A stretch of 45,008 nt of DNA from Nemertoderma westbladi (GCA_032718475.1 JAUCBJ010006308.1:1-45008), one strand, 5' to 3'; positions 1 to 13,205 are shown, counted from the stretch's first letter. The notes: generated from the sequence alone by a model not told the origin. Program-made: numbers and translations.

Positions 1-148
1 GCTAATAAATTTTAAATAATTGATAGGCCAAACTGGATTGCAGGATTGTGGAAAATGTGGATATACCTTTCACATAATTTAGGCCTATTACTGTATTAGT
101 TTTATAATCAATAATCGATCATGACTACTGTCTGAGTAGTGTTACGGA

Positions 149-990
149 TAACCTGCTCCTTTCCCTGATTTGGTAAAGTGACTGTTTATTGTTTTGGTTA
201 GAAAATCCCGCCTCTGTAACCTGCTCCTTTCCCTCAATTGGTAATGTTATCGTTTATTGTTTTGGTTAGAAAATCCCGCCTCTGTAACCTGCTCCTTTCT
301 CTCAATTGGTACTGTTATCGTTTATTGTTTTGGTTAGAAAATCCCGTCTCTGTAACCTGCTCCTTTCCCTCAATTAGTTAAATGATCGTTTATTGTTTTG
401 GTTAGAAAATCCCGCTTCTGTAACCTGCCCCTTTCCCTCAATTAGTTAAATGATCGTTTATTGTTTTGGTTAGAAAATCCCGCCTCTGTAACCTGCTCCT
501 TTCCCTGAATTGGTAAAGTGACCATTTATTGTTTTGGTTAGAAAGGCCCGCTTTTGTAACCTGCCCCTTTCCCTCAATTAGTTAAATGATCGTTTATTGT
601 TTTGGTTAGAAAATCCCGCATCTGTAACCTGCTCCTTTCCCTCAATTAGTTAAGTGATCGTTTATTGTTTTGGTTAGAAAATTCCGCCTCTGTAACCTGT
701 CCCTTTCCCTCAATTAGTTAAATGATCGTTTATTGTTTTGGTTAGAAAATCCCGCCTCTGTAACCTGCTCCTTTCCCTCAATAAGTTAAGTGATCGTTTA
801 TTGTTTTGGTTAGAAAATCCCGCCTCTGTAACCTGCTCCATTCCCTCAATTAGTTAAGTGATCGTTTATTGTTTTGGTTAGAAAATCCCTTCTCTGTAAC
901 CTGCTCCTTTCCCAGATTTGGTAAAGTGACTGTTTATTGTTTTGGTTAGAAAACTCGGCCTTAACCTGCTCCTTTCCATCAATTGGTAAT
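149..990. repeat. Tandem array, 68-bp unit, about 12.5 copies
   Basis: TAACCTG recurs at 149, 217, 285, 353, 421 ... 897, 962; unit approx. TAACCTGCTCCTTTCCCTCAATTAGTTAAGTGATCGTTTATTGTTTTGGTTAGAAAATCCCGCCTCTG. Confidence 0.95.
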
Positions 991-1404
991 TATTTTTGGC
1001 TATAAAATGAGTGTTTTGCTACGTCATGTGGTAATCGATTATCGACAACAACCACAAACTATTAAATATAGTCTTTTTACCACAGGCGCATATGGAAATC
1101 TATCTCATAGTCTATAAATCATGGAATCATGGAATGTTTTGGCACAGGCATAGTGAAATCAACTGTCTGACAGTCCAGAAATCAGCAGTCTGACAGTTTG
1201 AAGAAATACATACATAAAAAGTCATTAAAAGGACAATAAAAGTCATTAAAAGGACAACAAAAGTCATTATGCATAATTCGTAAAAAAAAGGAGAAAAAAA
1301 GTCAAATAAAAGGACATAAAAAATCACTGCCTATAATTAATCCACATGTATGTAGATTTCTAATGTACTTCTATGATATATCCATGATTTTCCTACGATT
1401 TGAT

Positions 1405-1492
1405 GGCTACACTGATGCTGATGGTTTCAGAACAGAGATTGGTGTGAAACAAGGTTCCCTTATTGGTCCTACCCTCTTCAACTATTATATAC
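1405..1492 (+). mobile_element. Small non-LTR retrotransposon RT fragment
   Basis: Translation FRTEIGVKQGSLIGPTLFNYYI matches the GVxQGxxLxPxLF motif of LINE reverse transcriptases; no other RT motifs nearby. Confidence 0.6.
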
Positions 1493-1912
1493 GCCAAATC
1501 CGCACTCATAAATCCAAATTTTGCAATCAGCACTCTGATATAAATAATGACATCCTATCCAAAGCTTGGGACCACTGGGATCTTGCGAACAAAGACACCT
1601 AGATTTTATAATAACAGCCTATAATTTGAAGACTTCTCACGCAGAATCAACATTATAAAAAAATTACATGCTCTTGGAGGATATGATAAGATGAAAACAA
1701 AAACAATTTTTATGCAATTAGTTTCAAGGAATAGAACCGCCATTTACAAATATGGTATCATTGTGTCCAACTTTTAACTCTTTATTTATATCTGTTTTGT
1801 AGTATAGAAATTTTGATTTTTAGTGATGCTATATTTAACTTTTTATCTGAGATCTTAAGAAATAAATGCCAGCTATATTGGCGCCGCGCGTCTCTTGGTG
1901 TGATATTCTAAT

Positions 1913-2523
1913 CTAAATCTCAGTCCGAGTCTCAGACGATCGGATGCCGACGAGGATCTGAGTCACAATCTGCCGGTTCCGGCAATGCCCGAAGACTTCG
2001 GCATCGTCGGTGAATTCATCCAGTGCGATTCGGAACGAATCAAAGGATTCGTTCGGCCCCTGCTGCCATAGTCGTGGAATTTGATGCCATTGATGGTTCC
2101 TGACTTGTCGGTACCAGTGTCGTCGCGTGTAGCCATGGTGGATGGTGCCGTAGTCCCTAATACACTAGGCTGCTGCCGCTGGGTAGCTAGGACTAGGCAG
2201 GTGTGTGGAGAGAGTCTGTGTTATCGGTAGGTTGGGAGGTTTCCCGTGTTCAGGTTTGCTAACCACTACACCACGGAGGCACTCTGTTGTTGGTTAGACC
2301 GCTGAGCTCCACACTGCAGGCAGGTTCGATCACTGCGCCATGTATGGATATGTGATATGAGGGGACCGGACGGGATGAGCGGAAATACCGAAATATATCT
2401 GACCGGCGGGTGCTCCTTATAATACCAGAGAGATTCTGCTGTACTGGTGTCATGCAGACAGGTGCATGACACCATGGATACACAGCAGAATGCATTAAGT
2501 AGCCACTGCTACTGTATTTTACA
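1913..2523 (-). mobile_element. Ty3/Gypsy-like LTR retrotransposon 5' remnant (candidate LTR 2523-2341, PBS 2340-2323, degenerate gag)
   Basis: Minus strand: a TGT...ACA-bounded 183-bp segment with TATTATAA is directly followed by TGGCGCAGTGATCGAACC, 18 nt complementary to a tRNA-like 3' end (GGTTCGATCACTGCGCCA). Downstream reads QQGPNESFDSFRIALDEFTDDAEVFGHCRNRQIVTQILVGIRSSETRTEI*, resembling the Gypsy Gag QxxxESxxxF..L...Q...GI pattern. No second LTR is available to confirm the boundaries. Confidence 0.55.
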
Positions 2524-3164
2524 AACTGACACGGAATACTGAAAGTAATAATATCTGTGTTCTGGGGCGAGCCACGTAGTGAGGCAAATGCGTGGTATGA
2601 CTACGCTGCTGGGGCGAGCCACATAGTGTTATTGTGGTAGCTGTGGCATTTTCGTATATTGCTAAAATAAGACTGTAACCAATGTTATTGAGTTATCGTT
2701 TATTGTTTTGGTTCGAAAAGAAAAGCACTGTAACCTGCTCCTTTTCGTAAATTAAGAAATCTAGGGATAAAATTAGGGAGTATTCTCAGCTAACATTACC
2801 GGCACGCAATGTAGGGTCTACTGTAAGGTTTCATCATGGTTTCGCACGTCGCACCGGAAAACAAATCTCGAATGTTGTACGAGACGCGTTCTACCAATTT
2901 CGTTACCTCTCTAAAACCAAGCGATATCTCTGCAAACCTTAGAAGAAATCTTACTTTTATGACAAGTAAATTAGGTAGCAATCATTCTCTCTATTATATT
3001 CTTCTCAAATTATATATTTTTAGGCGTGGAGGCGACCCAATCTGTAAGAAATATTAAAACCTACCTTATGCCGATAGTATTAATACTGAAATATTAATTT
3101 ATCATGTGAACACCTCAACGAAATTATTTCGCTAATTATTATTAAAAACGTACAAACATCGCAC

Positions 3165-4478
3165 CTAATTGAAACAAAGTTCACAACTAATTGGATCCAA
3201 TTTCGCAACTAATTGGAAAAGGTTCGCAATAAAAATGGAAAAAAATTCGAATTTTGATTGGAACAAAGTTTGCAATTATTAATTGGAACAAATTCGCAAT
3301 TAATTGAAACAAAGATTGCAACTAATTGAAACAAAGATCGCAACAAATTGGAACAAAGTTTGCAAATAAATGGAACGAAGTTCGCAATTAATTGGCCCAA
3401 AGTTTGCAACTAATTGGAACATAGTTCGCAACTTATTGGAACAAAAGTTCGCAACTAATTGGAACATAGTTCGCAACTAATTGGAACAAATTCGCAACTA
3501 ATTGAAAACAATTTCGCAACTAATTGTAGTTCGCAATTAATTGGAACATAGTTCGCAACTTATTGGAACAAAGTTCGCAACTAATTGGAACAAATTCGCA
3601 ACTAATTGGAACATAGTTCGCAACTAATTGGAACAAATTCGCAACTAATTGAAAAAAATTTCGCAACTAATTGTAGTTCGCAATTAATTGGAACATAGTT
3701 CGCAACTTATTGGAACAAAGTTCGCAACTAATTGGAACAAATTCGCAACTTATTGGAACAAAGTTCGCAACTAATTGGAACAAATTCGCAACTAATTGAA
3801 AAAAATTTCGCAACTAATTGTAGTTCGCAATTAATTGGAACATAGTTCGCAACTAATTGGAACAAAGTTCGCAACTAATTGGAACAAATTCGCAACTAAT
3901 TGGAACATAGTTCGCAACTTTTTGGAACAAAGTTCGCAACTAATTGGAACAAATTCGCAACTAATTGGAACATAGTTCGCAACTAATTGGAACAAATTCG
4001 CAATTAATTGAAAACAATGTCGCAACTAATTGTAGTTCGCAATTAATTGGACCAAAGTTCGCAAATAATTGGAAGAAAGTCGCAACTAATTGGAACATAG
4101 TTCGCAACTAATTGGAACAAATTCGCAACTAATTGGAACAAATTCGCTACTAATTGGAACATAGTTCGCAACTTATTGGAACAAAGTTCGCAACTAATTG
4201 GAACAAATTCGCAACTTATTGGAACAAAGTTCGCAACTAATTGGAACATAGTTCGCAATTAATTGGAACATAGTTCGCAATTAATTGGAACATAGTTCGC
4301 AATTAATTGGAACATAGTTCGCAACTAATTGGAACAAAGTTCGCAACTAATTGGAACATAATTCGCAAATAATTGGAAGAAAGTCGCAATTATTAATTGG
4401 AACAAAGTTCGCAACTAATTGGAACATAGTTCGCAACTTATTGGAACAAAGTTCGCAACTAATTGGAACAAAGTTCGT
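3165..4478. repeat. Minisatellite, 20-21-bp unit (GCAACTAATTGGAACAAAGTTC variants)
   Basis: Directly visible array with degenerate edges; explains the repetitive ORFs at 3209-4541. Confidence 0.95.
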
Positions 4479-5743
4479 AATAAAATTATTTATTGTTAAT
4501 GGTTTATTCTTTATTCTCATTTGTTGCGAACTTTGCCGCAATATAACTTTATTGCAACTAAATATTCAAAACATGCGTTGGAATAAAGTTCACCTTTATT
4601 GGAACAATAAGCAATTTCAAACTGTATATGGCCAATTCCATGGTGTCGGACGTAACGTACATTCTCAATTTTTGAATATTTTTCTTTAAATTTACGAAAA
4701 TACTTGAATTTTTGACACCAGATTGCGTTGAATAAATGAGACAATTTATTAATTAATTCAGAATAGCGCAAATATTCTGCATTGGGAAACGTTATTCTTC
4801 TTAAACAGTTGACTTTTAAAAGGTGTCGGACGTTACAAAAATAGGACACTTTTTATTGTACATATTTTATTTTTGATTGCAATTAATGCCGAAGACTGGT
4901 CTGTTATTATTATTATATTGTTGGGCTCAAATTGTAGCTCAACTATTATATTTTTCGAAAAGGTTTTCGCAATTGCACTGCAGATCTTTTGAAGCCGACA
5001 TTTGCAATTCAAAGTTGTGCGGAATTGTGTCGGACGTTTCGTTTTGGACGTTACATAAAAATGAGCAATATTTAGCCACCTCAGTCACCTTTATTTTTCG
5101 TCTTTGGAATGAGATATAGATATCAATAGAACCGCTTTCATCAGCAGATTCCGAATCTGAAAACCATTTTAAATTTCACCAACAATTGCCAAATATATTA
5201 TCAAAATAATAAGGTGTGAATTTTGAGTCGTAAATCGCAATTTTTGAAACCTATTTTTATATATTTATTTATTTTATTATTGAAAATCATATGGACAAAG
5301 AGATTTGATGTTTTAGGGCCAAGTATTTAGTAGTAGGCCTACATGCATATAAACAATACAGTTCTGGAATATTCCTTTACACTATACACTGCAATTTAGA
5401 CATTCACACGGTCACAAAGACCTAGCGCTCTTTGTGACCTGTACAAAACAAGGAGGTAAGTATCGATAGGTCCCAAAGAGCGTTAGGTCCCATTGCCATT
5501 AAAAGGAGCAGGTTAGTAAAGGAGCAGGTTACAGAGGCGTGTTGGGGGAACCAAAACAATAAACGAAAAACAAAAAACACGTGTTTTGTACAGGTCTTTA
5601 TTCTATGGGTCTTTGGTCTTTGTTTTGTAGTCACCAGTACGTGTATCCCAATAATACTGAGATTATGATAACACAAGCCTTGTGGCTTTTGTACGGTGGC
5701 TGAATGTGGCCACTTTAAGATAATAAAATCGTTTCACTTTAAA

Positions 5744-6814
5744 AGGGGGCGGTACACCACCTAAGCGCATTTTTTACAAAAATCATTGTCGTGTGCTTCA
5801 ACATTGTCAAGTATTTTCGAAAATTGACACAATTAGAGTTGGGTTGTAGATACAACTTTTGGCAAAAAAAATTTTTCGAATTAACTATTTATAATAATTT
5901 AATAATAGTTAATATTAATAAATATTGACTATATTACAAAACCTATCTACATATTTATTTATAATTATTTTCGCTCGAAATTTGGTGTGCATATTCTCCA
6001 AGTCATGATAAACAGAAATTGTGGTCAAATTTGTAAAATTTTGTTTTGATCTTTTTTTATAGCCAATCAAAAATAACTTTTCATTTTGAACGAAAAAATC
6101 ACGAAATTTCGACATTTAACATTGAATAAAAAACGAACGAAGCTAAAAAAAAAAAATTTGACCACAATTTCTAAAGAGTGCGTCGGTCTGGAGATACTTT
6201 CCAAATTTCAACTCAATTCATTGAAAATTGGCGGACTAGATACATTTTTGAGGTCAAAAAATGACATTCTGAGAAAAATGAGGTTAAAGTTTTTAAAAGT
6301 AATATACAGTAGATATTTAATATCATACAGTTGCTTGTCCATGGTGGCGTACAGGATTGTCTGTGGATTCTGTATTTTTATACAGACTGTGGCAGAAGAC
6401 TAGACAACATGTCAACAACATGTACATGTACAACATGGACAATATGTACTGTAACTGATAGTACCTACACAGAAATGTACCGGTACCCGTGGTACCGGTA
6501 CAGCCTTTCCTGTATATGCCACATTAGATACTTTCAGTTTGTACAATGTGCCTAACTACCGGTACCCTAAAGAAGCAAGCGCGATTAGGCTTACCTTATA
6601 GTTTTGCTAAACTGGGACAACAGTCAAGTGCCTAATAAACAGTTTTCTCCATATTGGTAAGCTGACATGGTCTCAGTTAAAGACGTATAACTCGAGATCC
6701 AATCGAGATATGACAAAACCGATTTCAGATTCGGAATCTACATAAAATTTCACACAATATTCGGCAAAAAAATTTTTTTTCAATTTTTTGACACCAGGTG
6801 GTGTACCGCCCCCC
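5744..6814. mobile_element. MITE with GGGGGCGGTACACCACCT TIRs (Kolobok-like)
   Basis: TTAAAAGGGGGCGGTACACCACCT at the left end and AGGTGGTGTACCGCCCCC at 6796-6814; right-hand TTAA missing. The superfamily call rests only on TTAA plus purine termini. Confidence 0.6.
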
Positions 6815-7243
6815 GCCCGCCGTGATGTACAAGCTCACCCGCGGTGAACCTGGCTCACCCTGATTCATCCGCTTTGAGCCAGGCTAAATTGAGTTTTCTA
6901 CAATGTTCCTAACTCTCGTTTATTGTTTTGGTTCCTTTCAACCCGCCTCTGTAACCTGTTTCTTTACGACGGTGAGCCAGGCTCAGCTCTCGGGGCAAAT
7001 ACCACACCCTGGTTTGCCATTCCACAGAGTGGGTGTCGCAGTGGAGTCAGATATGAGGCCCATCACCATCACCCATACCTACTCTGCTGGGCCATGCCCT
7101 GTGCCCCTGCTGCCAGGTGCAGGTCGCAGTGAAGTGCACTCAGAGTAGACATGATCTATCACTCTACTCCTGACCAGCTATTCGTAGATCACCATCTGCC
7201 TGGCCAGGCCATATACCACTGGGCCAAGTATATGGGCCCTTAA

Positions 7244-8475
7244 CCCTATTTGGCCCGGGGGGGGGGGGGGGGGGTCATTTTAGAAATTTTTTTGTAAATC
7301 ATCTGTCAGTTTTTTTCAGTCAGGTTTGTTGGGAAAACCGAAATTTCGTGACTTTTCCTAGAATTTAATGGGCTATCCAACAGCGAAAACGCGATTTACA
7401 TGGCTATATTAGTTTTCGTGCTATGGTCCCTTTCTGGCACCCATCTCCAGTATTTCTCGTGCTAAAATTTTCAAAAATTTTTATGGCTCACTAAAATAAA
7501 TTTATTTGCAGTATATAGCGGTTTTTTTTGGATGCTGATCACGATTATAGAACTCAAATATAATATTCGAGAAAATTTTTGGTAATTTTGAATGTGCCCC
7601 CTGGGGCACGAAAAAAACAAGTAGTGCAAATATGATAATGAAAAATCACCACAAAATCAACTCAATTTTATCACCATATAGGTTTTTTAGGATGCTGATC
7701 ACGAATATGACACTGAAATATATCGTACATTGTTGATTAGGGCATTTTTGGATGTGTCAATGTGCGGCACGAAAAATACAAGTAGCACACAATTTGATAA
7801 TCAAAAATCATCACCAAATCAACCTGATTGTTAGATATTATGGGTTTTCTGGGACGCTGATCACGAATATGACACTCAAAAATATCGTATTATCCAACCA
7901 AAATTCGATTTTTGCCGTTTGAAATTTTATGCTACTTGCATTTTTCGTCCCACCAGACAAGCACCCAAAATGATAGTTGCGTTACCACATATGATTTTAA
8001 CGAGTTGTATCGTGATTAGCGACCTTGAAAACCAGTATAGCTTCAGAATTAACAAACCAAAGGAAAAATTTAACAGTTTATAATTTTGTGCTACTTGCAC
8101 TTTTCGTTCTGGGGCACCAGAATGGCACCAAAATTGGGTTTGCATTGCCGGAATATTTATAGCTAGTGTCATCGTGATCAGCGATCTCGAAAACCCGTAT
8201 GCGTTCAGAATTATCAAACCAAACACAACATTTTCTAGTTTGACATTTTTTTACTTGTATTTTTCATCCTGGGGTCCAAAATAGCACCAAAAATTATGGT
8301 TGCATTGTCAGAAAATATTTTTAACAAGTTTTATCGTGATCAGCGACCTCGAAAAACCTTATACCATCAAAATTTTAATTTTTGACCCAAGATCTAAAAA
8401 ACTAATTACCCCCCCCCCCCCCCCCCCCCCCCCCTCGGGCCAATTACGTTGCAAAATAGCCCGGGCCAGATAGGG
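7244..8475. mobile_element. Non-autonomous piggyBac-type element
   Basis: TTAA|CCCTATTTGGCCCGGG ... CCCGGGCCAGATAGGG|TTAA: TTAA target duplication and CCC/GGG termini. Internal GCTGATCACGA repeats run forward at ~7530-7870 and inverted at ~8010-8350. Confidence 0.88.
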
Positions 8476-9487
8476 TTAATCAAGAACCAAGGGCGTCCCT
8501 ATCCCAGAACGAAGGGGGTTCTAGTTACAAGACCAGATTTGCCCATAGTAAGAGGGTCTATGCAGCCACAGATGGCACCTCCTTTATGCTGCACGGAGGT
8601 GGCAAGTTTTCTTGATAAATGACCTAGAATACCTGACCTGACCAAAAAGATGAGAAACCAGGCGATGACCCAGGCTCACTGTACCTTTAAACTGTTAAAG
8701 TGAAACTATTTTTTTATATTAAAGTGGCCATATTCAGCCACACCGTACTTTTTGCCTTGCAATTGCAAAGATAAGTGGTTGACAGATTATTTCTACCACT
8801 GCGAGATGTAGGCCTAAGCATTATTGTTATGTGGATAATATAAAACGGTATGATGTAACTTTGTCGTCCAACGTTGGTATATTCTATTGGTTGTAATTTT
8901 AGCCAATGGAGATCGGTTTATGATATATAGTATTGCCATCCCGCCATCCTGCCAGCCTTAGTTGGCTGCTTGTAATATTGTAGTGGAAATTTCCTATGGG
9001 GATGACTCATAGATGTAAGTTGCTACTGAGGTACCGGTAGTGACGCTGTCTAATTGCTCATTTGGTTCGTAAGGTACAGACGTATGCTGCTGCTGCCCTT
9101 GCTTCTGTGTACCGGTACTGCTAATTAACGGAGTTTTATAATTCTGATATACCAGTAACGTTTGGTAAAGGTTCACTTCAAGGTTTCCAGGTACCGGGAT
9201 TGTGGTTGTTTCATTGCCTGTTTGCTACGAGTGTACCGCTGTACCCTACGACCAAAGGCAGTTTGGAGTTGCTTGTCTGCTTACTGCAGCTTCAACCTAC
9301 AGATATATACAGATTGCAGACTGACTGTCGCTGTTCTACACATTTTGCTGATACAGTTTTTAGGTAAGTTCAACCTGTCACCTAAATCATTACCGGTATC
9401 TGATTATACAGTCTGACAGTTATAGGCCCTATACCAGTGTACTGTTATAGACTGATAGAAATTAATTAAATTAATTTTGCTCAACAT

Positions 9488-9610
9488 GTGTGGCGCGGAT
9501 TAAGGATCCTGGCGCGTAGTGACAGGAGCGTGTGGCGCGGATTAAGGATCCTGGCGCGTAGTGACAGGGGTGTGTGGCGCGCATTGAGGATCCTGGCGGT
9601 CCTGGCGCGA
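9488..9610. repeat. Short tandem repeat, 42-bp unit, about 3 copies
   Basis: GTGTGGCGCGGATTAAGGATCCTGGCGCGTAGTGACAGG starts at 9488, 9530 and ~9572. Confidence 0.85.
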
Positions 9611-11087
9611 ATATCTGAATATGGATGTAGGGTTAGGTTAGGACAGTAGGAGGTTACGTAGCAGTGCACTAGCAACACATCCCACTCTACAGCTCTATTT
9701 GAAATTATTCTAGGACCTATAGGTTTAAAAAGATTGAAAAATGTCCGCTTGCTTCGCTCGCGTTTATAGTCAGTTAGTGTAGGGCTCCTCTTAGCACTGT
9801 CTGGCTGTGGACAAATGGAAACAGACAGATTGAGCATGACCATTAAAAACATGACTTGTTTCAAAAGTTTTTCAATTGTCAGATTCTTCAAACCAATAAA
9901 ACCATGACAGCCTGCATGATTCAGCAGAATTTTCGTGCTCGCTACGCTCGCATCTTGTGTCTTGATCACATCTGCATTTAAAAACAGTCCGTTGACGTTG
10001 ACCTACTAGCTACTACTGCAACTACAGCACTATCTGACTATTACTGTCAGACTGTATTTATGTTTAACATAATTGGAAAATTTCCTTGCTCGCTACGCTC
10101 GCATTTTAATGTTAAAATACTGTAGGGCTACAGCATTATAAATTATATTATTGATAAATTATTAAAATTAAGCAATTACTGCAAAATTTCATAGTCAATT
10201 GTTGGCTTGGCGGGGGCGCGCATTAGATGTCATGGCTGGCGCGATTTTCGTTTAACCAGATCGCGTGTGGCGCGCTTTTTGTCAGTATTCCATATAGATG
10301 AGGGAAAGGAGCAGGTTACTGGTTAGGTTACGGGCTTTTCTAACCAATACAATAAACGGCCACTTTACCAATTGAGGGCTGGAGGGAAAGGAGCAGGTTA
10401 CTGGTTAAAGAGGCGGGCTTTTCTAGAACCAAAACAATAAAAGATCACTTTACCAAGGTGGGTCTACCGAAACCGATTTTAGCCGATAGGCTTATTAAAC
10501 ATAATGCAGTAATGTGTATGCCTATATAATTACCCTATTTATTTAATCCAGTAATCTGTTAATTCCTGCAGGTAACATTTGAGGCACAGTGGTTAAGAAA
10601 TTTTTTTATTGATTCCCCTATGCCCGTGCGTGGCGAACCACTTGTACTTTTTTCAAACTTTGATGATTCCCCTATGCCCGTGGCGAACCACTTATACTAC
10701 TGTACTATTTTCAAAAGTTTATTGATTCAGCTATGTCCAGATGTTCATGGTAATAGTACCGGAAGTAATAATAACAATACTTGATTAGCATACATCTGTA
10801 CATTGCACTGTAATATTGCATATAATTACCTAATTAACTAAAACTGCTAATTAATTATTAATAAATGCCACAAACTGCAAATTGATTTATTATTGTACAA
10901 AATGCCACAATTCCTAAAAATATGCACTGTAATACACTAAATACAGTAATATAATAATTGCTTAATAATAACTTGACTTAAAAAAAACGTACTAAAAAAT
11001 GATCGATTAATTTTATAAATTACATAACTAACTAAAAAACTATTATTAAAAATGTATTAATTATTAATTACATGAATAATACTTAGT

Positions 11088-13205
11088 TTAATTTTCGTTT
11101 AATCGCATTTAATTCTCATTTTGGTTCAATTGGCCCAACGCTAGAAAAGGCTATACCGATATCCAACCGGTCCCCAACAAGATATATAAATAATAAACAC
11201 CCAAAATCATTTTCACTAATCGGTACTTGTACCGCTGAGATCTCCCTTTTTATTCTAGAATTGGACAACTCCTGCTCAACCAATGACAATTTCCCACTAA
11301 AATTAGTAAAATTAGCTGTTAAACAAATTGCACCTCGATTAGCCGCGCTTATAAATTTATCCATTGACCAGGGTTTCTTCCCAGATGCCCTAAAGTGTGC
11401 AAAAATTATCCCCGTTTACAAAAATGGTGACCCTTTTGATGTAAACAATTATAGACCTATATCCATTTTGCCAGTTTTCAGTAAATTGTATGAACGTCTC
11501 ATAAATAACCAATTATTATCATATCTGGACAAATTCTCCCACCTCTCTGAATCACAGCACGGCTTCCGTAAAAAAAGGTCCACTACAGACGCGATATTAA
11601 TTACCACAGAAAAAATAAGGAACTGTCTCGATAATCACAACACTGCTTGTCTCATCAGTCTGGACCTTAAAAAAGCGTTCGATACGCTTAACCATAATAT
11701 TTTGTTGAAAAAATTAGAATCATACGGTATCAGGGGTCTCCCGTTAAAACTAATTGCTGACTATCTAAAGGATCGGCAGCATGTAGTTAGTATTAATAAC
11801 GTCCTGTCAGATCCTTTAATCTTGCTTTGCGGTATTCCACAAGGGTCCCTAATCTCCCCTACTTTGTTTTTAATATATATAAACGACCTTCCCAACTCCA
11901 CAAAATTAATCACCACTCTTTTTGCAGACGATACCACACTTCTCCACTTTGATAGAAATCCACATAGGTTGATACAAACAGTAAATGATGAATTAAAGAA
12001 TATTGACCAATGGTTAATAGACAATAGGTTATCCTTAAATCTCACAAAAACAGAATATATTTTTATCTCCAGTACTTATGACAACCATCCAACAACTCAT
12101 CCAATCAAAATCCGTGACCAACTTATAAAAATGAAACCATCTACTAAATTTTTAGGAACATTAATCGATAATAAATTATCTTGGAAACCACACTGTGACT
12201 ATATCCTGTCAAAAATATCTAAAACTATAGGAATTTTTTATAAATTGCGATACATATTTCCTTTAAATATACTTAGACTTCTTTACTACTCCCTGCTATA
12301 TCCTTATATATCCTATGGAATAATTCTCTGGGGAAATACATGCAAAAAATATTTAAATCCAATCCAAATAAAAATAAATAAGGTCATCCGCGCTATAACA
12401 TTCAACCACTACCAGGCACACGCCGCCCCTATCTATAAGTCCCTACATATCCTTCCTCTAGATCTACTATACAAACAAGAAGTAGCAAAATTCATGTTTT
12501 CAATACATCATGGCAACAAACCAGTAGCATTAAAATCTTTATTTCAAAAATCCTCGCAAATACACGAACATTACACTCGATCTAGCTCGCGAGGAAACTA
12601 CTTTATTCCATCTACAAGATTAGTAGTTGCACAAAAATCAATACACTATGACGGGTCAATAGTATGGAATAACCTTCCCCAAAATATTAAATTACAAAAA
12701 TCTCGAAGCAGTTTTATAAAGTACCTAAAAAATCACCTCTTCTCACTGCTTGATCGTATTTAAAACTCCGAAAACTAGTTTTCCCAAAAAATTTATTCTT
12801 ATCTAAATTGTTATTATTTAAATAATTATTTCCCCATAATTTACTTATTATTCGCGCATAATTTCATAACTAGATGTTAGTAACTATAATTTGTAAGCAT
12901 CTATGATTCGGTGAAAGCCCATCGTCCTCATTTCGTGTTCGCCGTCGCCCTTCATGTCTCTGATTAGTAAATCCACCCCTTGCCCCCCCCCCCCCCCTAT
13001 ATTCCCCACTACATCTTCCTCCTGTCATCTACCGTTATAATTACATCTAAAATTACATTAATACCGAAATATTTACATTTCATCACCTGTTATAATTTGG
13101 CCGCACTAGCTCTGTAGAGCTATGGCCTAGTCTAAACTGTGCTATGGTTTGTGCTTACGTGAGAAATGTAAAAAAATGTAAATTAAATTGAATTGAAAAA
13201 AAAAA
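11088..13205 (+). mobile_element. 5'-truncated CR1/L2-group LINE retrotransposon
   Basis: Uninterrupted RT frame, a 3'UTR, an AATTG-repeat plus poly(A) tail at ~13181-13205, and a 7-bp target-site duplication ACTTAGT (11081-11087 and 13206-13212). No endonuclease domain is present. Confidence 0.9.
11105..12763 (+). CDS. LINE ORF2 reverse transcriptase (N-terminally truncated, no start codon)
   Basis: Motifs NYRPISILPVFSKLYE, QHGFR, LDLKKAFDT, GIPQGSLISPTLFLIYIND, FADDT, KFLG. The frame stays open upstream of the track ORF (AFNSHFGSIGPTL from 11105). Confidence 0.92.
   Translation, partial: AFNSHFGSIGPTLEKAIPISNRSPTRYINNKHPKSFSLIGTCTAEISLFILELDNSCSTNDNFPLKLVKLAVKQIAPRLAALINLSIDQGFFPDALKCAKIIPVYKNGDPFDVNNYRPISILPVFSKLYERLINNQLLSYLDKFSHLSESQHGFRKKRSTTDAILITTEKIRNCLDNHNTACLISLDLKKAFDTLNHNILLKKLESYGIRGLPLKLIADYLKDRQHVVSINNVLSDPLILLCGIPQGSLISPTLFLIYINDLPNSTKLITTLFADDTTLLHFDRNPHRLIQTVNDELKNIDQWLIDNRLSLNLTKTEYIFISSTYDNHPTTHPIKIRDQLIKMKPSTKFLGTLIDNKLSWKPHCDYILSKISKTIGIFYKLRYIFPLNILRLLYYSLLYPYISYGIILWGNTCKKYLNPIQIKINKVIRAITFNHYQAHAAPIYKSLHILPLDLLYKQEVAKFMFSIHHGNKPVALKSLFQKSSQIHEHYTRSSSRGNYFIPSTRLVVAQKSIHYDGSIVWNNLPQNIKLQKSRSSFIKYLKNHLFSLLDRI

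Larger units (their letters stand above)
5694..8745. mobile_element. Non-autonomous TIR element (Tc1/mariner-like, TA flanks) holding nested insertions
   Basis: About 50-bp imperfect TIRs: CGGTGGCTGAATGTGGCCACTTTAAGAT...TTTCACTTT (5694-5740) versus AAAGTGAAA...ATATTAAAGTGGCCATATTCAGCCACACCG (8697-8745); TA on both sides. Confidence 0.7.

Noticed and set aside
149-990. 68-bp array as CRISPR
   Set aside because: The whole unit is repeated with only point variation; there are no spacers.
2276-2340. tRNA or SINE on the + strand ending in CCA
   Set aside because: Better explained as the primer-binding site of a minus-strand LTR element, given the adjacent TG...CA segment and gag-like peptide.
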